A stretch of 59,871 nucleotides of DNA, counting the filler, from Catajapyx aquilonaris (Eukaryota): assembly GCA_000934665.2 (NCBI GenBank). It is 3 parts of 3 records of this genome, joined end to end, with 100 filler letters (N's around TTAATTAATTAA, not from the genome) between each part and the next. Parts side by side here need not be neighbours in the genome. Positions count along the whole stretch, not along the records: positions 39,992 to 59,871 come from KZ539525.1; 2 more parts are not named here. One strand, 5' to 3'. Each line of letters begins with the position of its first letter. Position 1 is the stretch's first letter. The notes beneath the pieces are model-generated. The model was not told the origin of the DNA. It did no database searches and saw only the letters and a list, made by a program, of their open reading frames with translations. Below, in pieces: positions 45,001 to 58,176 of this stretch. Both the position numbers and the translations under genes were made by a program.

Positions 45001-46499
45001 AGTCCAGCATGTAATTCCAAACTGACAGCCATTTTAAAACTGAGATGAATGTGCTGTGCAAGATGCCCTATGTACAAAATTGTCCCAGTTCATCTTACCT
45101 GGAAGCATGACACATGGAGTATGTCCTTTGCTTGTTTGTATTCCTCTGGTGTATGCAGAATATCTGGTTGACCCTCGATATATGACCTGATCAGAGATGT
45201 TTCTCAGTGCTTCATCACTGGTGCTTGGAGTAGTAAAATTCTGGCAGCCCAATCTGTTGAAATGGTGTTATACTTGGAAACTAATACAACTGTACTTTGT
45301 TCATCTCACCTGGGAAAGAGTGCAAATGCAACCAGCCTATGATTGCCATCCATGATTTCTTCAGCTTGCTTTCTTCTAACCAGCATTGTGGACTCCATAG
45401 AAACAATATCAGAAATGCCTTTAAATGGTTGATCAGGCATTGACTCCAGCATATACTCCGCAAACTCGGGCTGCCACGAGCCACCACCTCTGTATAAATT
45501 CAAAAATCAACAGTTACAGAAAACTTGGCCCACTATCTTATCATGTCCGTTAGAACCAGGAAGTGCACTTCACCTTATTCAGTGTAACTGAAATGTATGG
45601 GAACAGATGGGAACACAATGTTCCTCATATTTGTTTTATTTAGCTCTCCTGAGTATTAAAAGTTACAAAATGCATACTATCCCTTTAAAAAGTTTCAATC
45701 AAACATACCCTGATATAATTCAACCACCAGCATTGGTTGAGGTAAAGTCTGTGGGGGTGAAATGCCCCACTTTACTGCTGGTAGTATAGTTCCAGGATAT
45801 GTCTGGTCAGATATTTTTCAAGTTTTTAAACTCTGGAACCATACCGTGGGGTCATTTAGGACCCCATCCATATTTTAATTTTTATTAATTTTATGTAATA
45901 CTTTTAAATGTATTGACTATATGCAATCATTCTTTGAACAATGCCAAAATGATCACTAATGCAAAATAAATATGCACTTACTGTTATATACTTTTTTAAA
46001 TGGAAACAGTTCATTGTAATTACCATTTTAATGCATTTTAATTCCTTTGGGGTCCTAAAAGGTTCCAGTCATGGTTCCAGGGTTAAATAATCTTTTTTTA
46101 AATTATTTTTACATGAAGTACATGCTTGATCACTGCACACTTCACTTTCTAAGTAAGGTCACAATTAATACAGCCCCACAAGGGCACTCACAATTTGTTC
46201 CCTCTTCATACATTTAGAAGCACAAAAACTTAGCCATAGGTTAATCTCAATGTAACCTCTTACTTGTTCAAGGCAGGAAGCAAATTGCTGGCATTGAGGG
46301 CCAATTTGACCTCCTTTTCTGCAAAATCCAGATGCACGATGAGGTGTTCCAATTCATACCCAAACTGAAAAGGGTATGGCTGTCGATCTTGCTTCAGCTG
46401 ACGTAAAAAATGAGTCGCTGCCCTCCTGGCCACCAGTCCATGAGCCTGTTGCACCTGACTCCAGTCATTCAGGGGCAAACCTTCCGCCTCAACCCCCAT
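42072..46499 (-). CDS. Divergent glutamate-cysteine ligase catalytic subunit-like paralog; exons 46499-46264, 45489-45310, 45253-45099, 43846-43260, 43104-42799, 42725-42535, 42174-42072; ~585 aa
   Basis: One open frame across GT/AG junctions (1758 nt), collinear with [99 protein letters not shown]. The end of the last exon is less certain. Confidence 0.85.
44257..44787. mobile_element. Palindromic Tc1/mariner-type MITE in intron 3 of the GCLC-like paralog
   Basis: TA-CAGGGTGGAAATGAATT...AATTCATTTACACCATG-TA, with ~230-bp inverted arms. Confidence 0.9.
45831..46082. mobile_element. piggyBac-like MITE
   Basis: CTCTGGAACCAT...ATGGTTCCAGGG termini next to TTAA-like sites; internal taggacccc/ggggtccta inverted pair. 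Confidence 0.6.
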
Positions 46500-47154
46500 C
46501 TCTCTAACGTGCCACTGTTGTATGAGCACATGCACCTTCTGCTTAAATCCTTTACCCAGGTTGGCCCTGCCAAAAAATTTTCCCCCTTGGGCCAAGGACG
46601 CTCCCTGCATAACCACACCAGTGAAAACCAGTTGAGGACCATATCTACAAAAAATGCTTTAGGGAATGGAATTGTTTTGCATATTTTTTGTCACCCGAGA
46701 TGCTCAGTGCCCTCCCATTCATAACTCTTTATTTCATGGCTCACTTTCTCCTACTTTACACGTGCCTGCCTCAGGTTACAAGTCAATAGCTCAGGTCAAT
46801 GGCCAAGACGGCACTAACGTTTATGTGTTAATCACTGGGTAACACTTCAATTTTATAAAGGATCAAGTCAAATGTCAAATCAAGTCAAATGTCAAATGTG
46901 ATTAAAAACCATACAGCTTTTTGAATGCAATTTAATCAAGGAACAACCAAGCAGGTGGCTCCTATTTTCAACAAATCAGGTGAATGCAAATCAAACAACA
47001 ACAACCAACAATAGCAATGCATAATTTCTGTTTGTCCTAAAAGGTGGAATGCAAGTTAAGTAACATTGGCCCATTTAATCTTGTTTCCTCATGTCCATGT
47101 GAACAGTGTAAGGCAAACAGGTGGAAGGAAAAATCCTGAAAGAATTGTCAAGTG

Positions 47155-50100
47155 CTAGTCTCCACCATTGCACTCTGCTGCCATGGTTATGGTTGGTACA
47201 GAGTTCCTGGTCTTGGATTTAAGTGCTGTCCCTAGAAGATCTGGACATGGAATTTCCCCTCGTTCAATCTGCTGTGATGTCACAATCAAGTCATATGTTA
47301 TCCTGTCCGACACCACAGAATCATTCCTAAAAGGATGATCACAACAGTTAATTAAGGGGGTTTTATCTCTGCAGTTGTCAGTAACTCAGAGAAAGAATCT
47401 GTTAATTGTCCACAAAAAGAATGAACCACTTCATACAGTCATATCAATCATCCCAGGCAGGGCTTCCCTGCCTCCGTAACCATCCCCCCACCCCACCCCC
47501 ACCTGTTACTCCATTATTACTCCTCCTGAATAATATGGGTTAATCATTGCAGACTACCAAAGTCTGCCTTTAAAAACCATTTGATGGATTCTCAAGATGA
47601 CTGAAAATTCTGTTATCTAAGTGTAACAATGTGTAACATATGCAGCAGCTATCAATCCAAGCAACTAACACAATACCAATGTTCAAAACTGCAATGCCGT
47701 TCACGTCATTAAGGACCAGGTCTATGAAGACAAATGAGGGACAATCTCCAATACGTACAGGTATTCACAATATCATTTTGAAGCAATTGGATACTTCCTC
47801 CATACTGGAGTTGATACAACCATCCCTAAAGGCTCACCCACAAACAGCAGGAAGTAAGAAAAAGCATGCTTGCATGCTCTGTCCTGAGAGGTAAGGGGGG
47901 AATCATTCCAGCCACTGCAAGAGAGAATGGATCTCACTAAAATGGCCCAGAAACAGAACATACATGTCTGTGGCACTGAATGTTTGCACCTGCACTCTCA
48001 TCAATGACAGGCTGGTCAATCAGCTCCTTTCCTGGCCACCAATCATGCATAGTGGGCTCAAGCACCCAACTTCTATAGCCACTGCTGCACTGCAACACCT
48101 ACCCACCAGACCCCTGTGTCCCTAAAGGCAAAGGCCCAAACACCACCCCCTCAAACAAAACATTTTGCCAGCCAGCTTTTTCTCACCTCCTGCTTCGGGG
48201 TTGTGCAAATACCACGTGACTGTNNNNNNNNNNNNNNNNNNNNNNNNNNNNNNNNNNNNNNNNNNNNNNNNNNNNNNNNNNNNNNNNNNNNNNNNNNNNN
48301 NNNNNNNNNNNNNNNNNNNNNNNNNNNNNNNNNNNNNNNNNNNNNNNNNNNNNNNNNNNNNNNNNNNNNNNNNNNNNNNNNNNNNNNNNNNNNNNNNNNN
48401 NNNNNNNNNNNNNNACACACACACACGTGAAAAGGGGGGAGGGGGAGCTGGGGGGTTCCAATGGATACCATGGTCGGTCACTGGGGGGAGGGGTCAAAAA
48501 GTGGCCTAAAATCGGTCTCGTGGTATTTGCACGGCCCCTTACCTGCAAATGAGCCTTTACAGAAGGCCTACTGCAGCTATTGTGCACACAGTCATAAACT
48601 TTATCAAGTCAACATATATTGTTGAGGTTTCTACCTCTGAAACTCTCTGCCAATTGAGCAAGCCATTATTATTAAAATTAGAGTGATAAACTCATTTAGA
48701 TGCCAACTATACAGTGTACAGTATTACAGTAATAACTTGTACATCGGAAAAAAAAATCCCTCTCCAAGTACTACAAGATTCAGTCAATTGAAAGTGGACT
48801 GGTCAAATGTATATGGCCTAAGTAATAATAAAACAGGAGTTACAACCTCATCTTCATGTTCACTAACCTGTATTGTGGGTGCTTGACCACAAAATCCCGT
48901 ATCCACCTAGCACAGGTCTTCAGCTCCCCAGAAGCCCGCTTCTGTATGAGCGCTAAATATTGCTGTATGGTGCAATGTGTATCTGCATCGACATCCATGG
49001 AACTTAAATAGCTGTGTATGAGTGGGACCAGCCCAGTGAATCCATCCTCCTGACCATTCACAATCTCATCCAGGCTCATTTCTATAAACTCTTTGGGATT
49101 TATCTCTTCCCCTGAATACTCGCAGGAGGCAGCGCAACAGCAAGAAGAAGCTTCAGGAGGGCTCCTCCCTGTGAGGATGTCCCTACGGAACCAGAATTTC
49201 TGAGTACGGAGAGCATCTTTGCGCTGGGCCCTCTGCATGTTTTCATCCACCAGGCTGATGGGCAGCAGAAAGTTCAGGCGGTAGGAAAGAACCACACGTG
49301 TCAAGAGCACCACAAAACACACCAAAGCAGCATTTTCAAAATCTGTCAACTGGACCTCACAGGGGCGGAACTCCACACGCCATCCTATAGCTGGAAAACA
49401 AGAAAACAATTCATATCAGCGGCAGCCACAAGTTTCCTATGGTGTAAGGAATCAAGTGGAGGGCAGAACAATGTGATTCACTGGAGAACAGTATTCACAG
49501 TATGTGTTCTGTGCAAGGGGGTTCTATCAGCATAAGGAAATTGGAATACAGGATAACGCAACATTTTCATCTTTCAAGTCTGCCTAGTTACACATGATTG
49601 TATAACACAGTTATGAGCATCAGGAAGTTGGCAAATTTTTAGGCAGAAAAAATGCATCCTTACGTTGGTCTGGAGGTGGAGGCTTGAAGCGCATGGTCTG
49701 CCAATTGGTGGATTGCAGATTCTCAAAGTGGTCTGTATCCTTAGAATCATCTTGCTCCACCTTCTCTGTGAAAAGTGACACAGGATCTCTGATGAAAAGA
49801 TGTGCCACATGCCTGGCCAGGGACTCCTCTATTCCTTCTGATAGTAAGTGCTTCAGTGTTGCCTCATCAAGTACCAATGGAATGTCATTGTACCTGAAAT
49901 GACACTGGCGAGATTCTCAATTCTCATGTACTCAATATTCACCCCCTTAGATCAGCAAAAGTGAAATATTAATATCAGACCATGGTCATTGTGTGAGAAT
50001 TAAAAACAGTAAGATTGGCTTTCACAAAACATATCTTCAATCATTTTAAAAATTAAGTCGTATGCATTACCAAAAACTCTTACCGTTGCCCCTCAGGTGA

Positions 50101-53100
50101 GAGGTATGAGTCAATAGAATCATATCTCGACTTGTATATGCGACGCTCGCCTGGCTTCAGTGGTTCCAAGCCCCTCTCCGCAGCAGTGCGGCAGTCAACA
50201 GATGCAGAAATCACATTCCAGCGACAATCCACATCTGCCAAGAGGCCTCGGTGAATTGGAGATGCTGCTGTCAAAGCTAACTAGGATGGCAAAAAAAAGC
50301 CAGATAACTTTTCTGTCCTGAATTTTATCTCAAGTTTTTATGCCATACGGTACCATTATGGGACAGAGTGGAGCAAGCTGGTCATACAAGGTCATTGCCT
50401 CTTCAATGTTGCATGCCTGTAAAAAATGAATAGAAACCTTTTCAAAGCAAAGAAATTTCCTCAACCAATTCCTAATCGACTGAATTCACATGTGCAATTA
50501 CCAGGTCAAGTTGACTTAGTTACCAGGTTGGCTTACGTGGTTTTGAGCATGCAGAGGCTACTCAGTTGTAGGGCATACACTCTGGACCAAGGCAGTTCAT
50601 TACAGGTCAGGGAGGTACATATTCAGGTCAATGTCCTCTGTCAATACCATATAAAAACCTTGGCCTCCTTCTTTTGCAATTCAAGTTTCTCTGAGACAAA
50701 AAAAACTAATGTCACACCCTTCCCCTCTCCTTTTTTATACCCATTTTTTTCACCAGTTATTTAATAAAACCATTCCACCCAGCCTTCCTCTGCACACCTG
50801 CATTTCTTATGCCTCACATACTAGTCCTTAGGAGGTGCTCAGAATGTGATTTCCACCAAGGATTTATTTGATTTTTCTCTTACAGAGCAGCTGGCAAATG
50901 AAGAATATGTGATAGATAACAGTTTAAGGCAAAAAAACATGATCATGTGAATGGGGGAAAAAAATCAAACGTAATAATTCCACTAAATTTGAAATCACAC
51001 AAAGGACCATTTTCAAGGTGTGGCTGTGAGCTAGGAGAAATTCCAGTCTATTTTAAGCTGTCACCTGGAAAGTAAGCTGTAAGCAGCAGCATCCCATTCC
51101 AAATCCCATTGCATCCATGTAGATGTGATCAGGTAGTGCTGCCCTTTGACTCTCTCCATTCACATCTCCAACCTTGGCCAGGTCCTCTACATATGGACTG
51201 GGAGTCTGGCTGTCCTTGAATACTGTGGAAATAATAACCAAAGGTACACATGTCAAATGCAAGGTCACTGGCAGGTTTCCCTTCACCCTATTTTCTCAGT
51301 TTCTGAGAACTGTTTCTTCAAGAACCAACACACCATTTCATGGAACTAATTCTTCCTCTATGGTAATTTTTATGTTATCTATTGTGCAGTCACAGGGAAA
51401 TACACTGTACTCCCAATTATCGAGGCTAATGGCACAGGGTGTCGTCGGATAATCAGAAAACGCAGATAATAAAAAAATGGTCCTAGATACAAATAAAATG
51501 AGCATTCTCCGGTTTTTAATGAACGACTGTACACACTGTATTCTGCTGCTTTAAATAAGATTTAATCAAAATTAGAACAATTTCCATAGATTTTAGTTTG
51601 TCTTCGTGAAAAAGTCTTAAATTTCTATGTTTGTGAGAAAAATTTGCATTTTTTTCGACTGTTCTTTGCTTTACTCATGCATGGACAATAATCCTCATAA
51701 TCGGGATCATCGGGAGTACAGTGTATTATATTACATCTACAATTATGTGACCAAAATAGGTCCTAATAATATTTACATTAGCACAGCAACAAAATTTCAG
51801 ATTGTAACCCTAATCATCATTTCATTTGGAGAAGTAAAAGCAATATTTCAATCTTTTAATTACAATTTCTAATTTTTAAAAAAACATAGGGAAACTCAGG
51901 TGCACACTGCAAATTTAATGCAAATTCAAATATGTTGTGAGTGCTTGCATATCTTCAATACCTACGCTAATTCTTCGAGGGAAATAAACAATCAGTGAGT
52001 AATGACAGGTTTCCGACAATAAATGATAATTCAAACTGTGCTGTAAAAATGGGTGATTAATTGCAACTTCACATGTTCACTTTAAAAAACAGGAGGCACT
52101 TGACCTCCTTAACAGGTATGTAGCACAGACCTTTATTTATACCATTGTAGTTCGATACATATTAGAACCTTGAAAGAAGCACCCGAGCCCACGGTCAGGG
52201 TGACTGGGAGGGGATGTGCAATGTGCAATGCAATGTCTCAAACGGTACATTTTGTGAACTCCCCCGGGTGGATTAGTCTAGCCGAGATTCCATCCGAGAC
52301 AAAGCCAGAGACGACCCAACTCTGCACGAGATGAAGGGGGAGACCCCGGGCTGCCATCCAACCCTTCCATCCATGGGCGCACATGCACGTTACCGTAGCA
52401 CCACTCCGCCTCCCCTAGAACTAACATTTAACTACGTGTTATGCCTCTGAGGCTTCCCTTGAGTTAGATTGGTCAGATATAATATACTATTCTAATAATA
52501 ATAATAATTGATACCCAGTGATAGACCTCCATGAGCCCTTTTAGGGGATCATCTTTTCTATAACCAACTTTAATCATTGTCTGTACTGTGATGGGTTTTG
52601 ATTGTGGGAGGAAACAGGAGAGCCCCGAGAAACCCACGCAAACAAGGAGAGAACCCATTGAAACTCTATCCACATAAGTATCCTCTGTCCGATCTGGGGA
52701 TTAAACTCAGGACCTCAGAGGTGGAAGACTGTGGCTCTAACCACTACACCACCTAGAATTCAAATGGAGTACCACATCAAGTTATTTGAAGTCGAATCAT
52801 AACTTCATAGTATTCAAGAGGTATCCAATATATCTGCAGGTGCATGGTCAATTTCCCCAAGATTACTCGTTCTGTTCTTCTGTAACATAAAGTATGGCCA
52901 CTGTAAGTCTGAACTGACATGCAGGATTCTATGAGGGAGGAAGGGTAGAGTGGTGGTTCCTTACAACAAATTCCAGCATACCATACCCAACACCAACCTT
53001 CCAAACAATCCCTTCTTCCCCCTCAATCTAGATCAGCATTTCTCAACCTGGGTTCCGAGAGAAATGGAGTAGTGACAAATAGGCTAATCATATGAAGCCC

Positions 53101-54828
53101 TTTTGGCAAAAAGGGCACACGTCACTCTTCTGGAATATTCGAGTTATCATCACTAGGTGGCAGGGGGGATTGTTTCTGAGGTCCTGAGAAAAGTGTACAT
53201 CAAAAGGGACATTTGTCACAGCTGAAAATAGGGTTTGAAGATTAGGCTGTTTTGTAACAAGGGCACATGTCAGTGCGTCGGGTTGCATATTATCAGCATA
53301 AAGGGCACTTGTCATTGACCAAGTTGTGCGCTTTTCTCAATTTTCTCCATTCCATTTCCTCCTGACATGTGCCCTATTTGCCAAAAGGGCTTCATATGTA
53401 AAGGTATTCCGAAGCAGTAGTGGAGTAGTGGTATGGTGTCCGACTGCTAATCGGGAGGTCCTGGGTTCGAATCCCGGAGGCCGGCGACCATGACCATGGT
53501 TTTCTGTGGTTTCCCATGGTCCTTGCAGGATAATTCCGGGGTGGTTACCGTAATATAGGCCACAGCCGCCTCCTTCCTTCCCTTTCCCTGCTTCATTCCG
53601 GTGATGAGAAAAATAGTAAAAATGGAAGAGTTCCAGACAAAAAATTGGGAGAAATCCCCCCCTAGGAAAGCCTGTAGGCTGATAATGGGGTATCAAATTA
53701 TTATTATTATTATTATGTAAAGGTATTCTCAAATAAAATTGTCTGATGGAGGATGTGTCAAATGACATGTCCACTGGTCATGCTAAAACTATGAATGATT
53801 GTGCAGGGTATTCCAAGTAAGTGGGTTGCATTAGTTATAGAAATAGCTGGTTATTTTTTGTAGCTTTTTGCGCCCCGATCCAGGTGTCCTATTATACGAG
53901 GTGCTAACTCAAAAGTTTGCGAACTTATATTCCCCCGAAAAAATTAGCTTATGACACACCTTATTTTCCTCCATCACCTTCGAAGTAGTCCCCTTTCCAA
54001 CATAGATAGTGATCCCAGTGCTCTTCCCATGATTTGAATGTTTTGTGGAAGTCATTATTTGTTAGGGCTCTCAGCACCGCATGCGATTCTTTGTGAATCT
54101 GGCTTACAGGGTTAAATCTTCTTCCTTTCAGCTTAATTTTCATTTTCAGGAAGAAAAAGAAGTCACATGGAGCTAAATCTGTCGAAAAATCCAGCACGAC
54201 ACAATCGTCATGTTGTGGGATGCCAAAACTGCTGTGCGGCAAACAGTGTGAGTCAGCATGCTGTCATGATGTTCTCGTGCCACTTTGCGAGGTGTTTCCT
54301 TCAAATGTCCTCCCTCAGCTGCCTTTTTCACCAGATTTAGCTCCCTGCGACTTCTTCGTCTTCCCAAAAATGAAAATTAAACTGAAAGGAAGAAGATTTG
54401 AGAATAATTTCACACACTTTTTCGGGGGTTGTGCTCGTTAAAGGACAACCAGAATGTTGTCATTTTCACTTGAAATGTGGCCATCTTTGAACTGATTATA
54501 CTACTTGTAAGGGGAGGCAGAGTGGTGCTGCGGTAACGCACGTGCCCACAGATGTTAAGGTCCCGGGTTCGATCTCAGCCCGGGGACACCCCCTTCATCT
54601 CATGCAGAGTTCAGGGTCACCTCTGGCTTCGTCTCGGGTGGTATTTCCACAGACTAAACCACCCGGGGGAGTTCACTAAAAATGGCCACAGCGTCAGATG
54701 CACTGCACCTTGCACATCCCCTCCTGTCATCCTGCCCGTGGGCCCGGGCAATACGCTATGTACTGTACAACTAATTAGCAAAAATAAAGGTCTGTGCAGA
54801 TACCAATAAGGTGAGCACTATACCCAAC

Positions 54829-54870
<42 letters not shown>

Positions 54871-54874
54871 TATA

Positions 54875-54922
<48 letters not shown>

Positions 54923-57900
54923 CTTGTATGTAATTGGTTTCCCTAAAGCATTGCCACCAAATGCATTTTGTAGCATCTTGTAAGTTTGCAGCACTTTTGC
55001 CAAGTTTGAAATGAAACCTTGATGCTGTTCTTTCAGGTCGTCAATTTTCACCCCCAACAGAATTGCAGAACGCACCAAACACAATGCTACAAAACAGCCC
55101 ACAGAAACTGATCCATTCAACCTCAGATGCTGCCACTTCGCAGAACAGTTCAGAAAGGTCACCTGCAGCATTACCTAGAGTGGTAGCGACACACTAGATG
55201 CGGTTAAAAATTATTGGCACCAGTTCACAAACTTTTGGGTAGCACCTCATATGTATAGCAATTGTTATATTATTCAACCACCTGGGAATAATTGAGCACC
55301 TGGATTGAGTTGCAAAAAGGTATAGAAAAATAACTACATCTGGTGATATTAGCGATAACTAAAAACGATCCTGATGCTAGGAACACTGGGTATTCTCTTC
55401 CCACCCCTTCAGTCACTCCATAAATACATGCTGATTGAACTCTATGCTGTATCATTAGAATGCCCTGATCATTTTGAGTAAGAACCTGTACACCACAATG
55501 ACTCATAAAAACTCACACTACATATTATATGTTCAGACTGACTTGCAGAAATCCTGCGTTCCTCACGTCAGAATGTACTTGTGCAACTGCTAAGGCAGTG
55601 CTTCCCATTCTTTTTAGTTGGCGACCCTAGAAAATCGTCTTGTAAAATTCTCGACCCCCACAGATGTGTACATTTTGATTCCCTAACATTAAAAGATGGA
55701 TAAACTGTGAAATGAAAATCATTGATAACTGTTGTCGAGTATCTGAACTGTTCTGTAACTTATCTTATTTATGGGCATAATTTTCAAGAGAGAAGTAGTC
55801 ATTTGTTGAAAATAACTTGTTACCCTCTCTTGTGACAGCAATGGTTTGGGAAGCACTGTACTATTATTTCTCCTTCCGTCTGTTCTGGAGGTAGCCTCTA
55901 ACACATCACAATAGTAATAGTACAAGGTCAATTTGAAAAGTTTTGCCTCCTAGGTGATAATTTCAATCATACACAAGATAATCACGTAAACTGTACAGTA
56001 TGTCTGATGAAAGCTTGGAATGTCGTCTATCAGGGAGACTCATTACTTCGACACTTATTGATAGTCCCCATCCCTGTCCACAAGCATGCACCAACGTCGG
56101 ACCAATTGTTGAATCCCATCAGATTAGAAATCAGGCGTCTTCTACCGGCACCAGTGATGCACATCTGGTTGCACCTCCGCATCACTGGTGTAATGGTGTC
56201 TAGGGGTGGCAATCCTGTGCGGGACATGTCCCCCACAGTATTTGGGAAGGGGGGGACGCTTATGGTATCATCCCCCACAAATTTTCGTAAAATTTACATA
56301 CAGCCGGGATCTCTCACCTTGCAACTTTCTCTTTTTCTCAAACCTGAAAGAACACCTGAAGGGACACCATTACACCAGTGATGTGGAAGCAACCAGATGT
56401 GCATCACTGGTGCCAGGAGAAAACGCCTGATTTCTTGTCCAATGGTATGCATCAACTGGTCCAACGTTGGAGCATGCGTGTGTGGATAGGGATGGTGACT
56501 ACGTAGAAAAGTAATGAAACACCCCTGGTAGAGGACATTCCAAACTTTCACCAGACGTACAGTTTACATGATCATCTTCCATATTATTGAAATTATCAAG
56601 TAGGAGGCAAAACATTATAAACCAACCTCATAGTAGTAGCAGCAATAGGCCTACTAGTAGTAATAATAATGTTACCCCATAATAAGCTTCCCACCTGTTT
56701 ATAGGGGCTCCTACTTTAATTCCATACATTATTCATTCAAACTTAGTGGTGATTAATTCCTTTCTACTAAGAGCTCACCCCTCTCATGCAGCCTGGGAAT
56801 CCCAAAATTGAACTAACAAATAAAAATCACATCACTCACATGGAATATTGATAGCCACCTTTTCTCCACGCCTCTCGCGGATATTTTGAGAGAGAGTAGC
56901 AAAACGAGGGTGTCCTGGGAATATGGCTTCATCAGGGAAGAATAGCGAACGTGTAACTCCTTTTTGAGGGGTAGGCTTGTAGGATGGAGCCGTGAAGTCT
57001 GGGCAGCCAAGTCTGAGAGTTAATGTAATAAATGCATGAACATTATGAGAATGAGGTCTTCTTTTTTTAAAAATGTCCTGTCATGCATGTAAATGATGAA
57101 TATTTCAATTATTTGACAACTAGCAGTAATAATGGGTGACTAAAAATGTCTTCAAGTGTGTGGAGCATGAGTAAAATGTTTATAACTCTCTCCTAGTCTG
57201 CCTCCCTCTTAAATGCACTTGTTCAATCAGATTGCATAATTATAGCCATATACGGTAACAAGAAAAACAAATACAATGATGGGCCTATGGGGCTTGTGTC
57301 ACTCAACTATGCTGACCTTGGGAAGGATGTCAGGGTTAGCAGAACTTCATCTGGCTCCAACAATTTCTGTACTTCTTCCCGGCGTGCCCTCATGTTAGCC
57401 TCCACAATGTTGAAATGGGCTAGAAGTCCTCCATATGGTTTCCCTGGAGTACCCTCCACCATGTAAGCACCATACTCTGGTCTCCAGAGGGATGCAACTC
57501 CACTGAAAATATGCACTTAATTTCACTCTTTTGCAACCTTTGTTTTCACTGAGTACACAACAGAAAGTGTAAATCCTAACACCTCAAAAATACCAACTAT
57601 GAATACCCTACCTAAAATTTTCTTCATGTGTCATGCAAAATATCAGATAAGGAAAGTACATTTTATAATTCATGATTCATCCCCTTTAGGTCAAAACCTA
57701 GGTCCTTTTCAATATATGACCACAATCAGAAAGACAAAAAGAGAGAAACGATTGTACTTTTTTCACATGTGAATCCTCTGTCCAATCCTGGGATTTTTTT
57801 TACAATTACAACATCCAGACATTCCAGAGCATACTTCTTATCAGCATATATAATGTTGTATAAAGCATATGAGTGCATTATCAGAAAAGCACTTTGACAG

Positions 57901-58112
57901 GAAATAGGATTAGACAATGCATGTGACTACACTGTATGCAATAAATATATCATTTCAACAGCTGACATTTCATTAAAAAGTTCCTCACTCTACAACAGGC
58001 CTACAGGAGTTAAGAAAGGTCTATGTGATGCCTCATATGATGGCAGCATTACCCACATTATTCATATCCACATTCATGTTCACGTTACTCACATGATTTA
58101 TATTCACATTCC

Positions 58113-58176
<64 letters not shown>

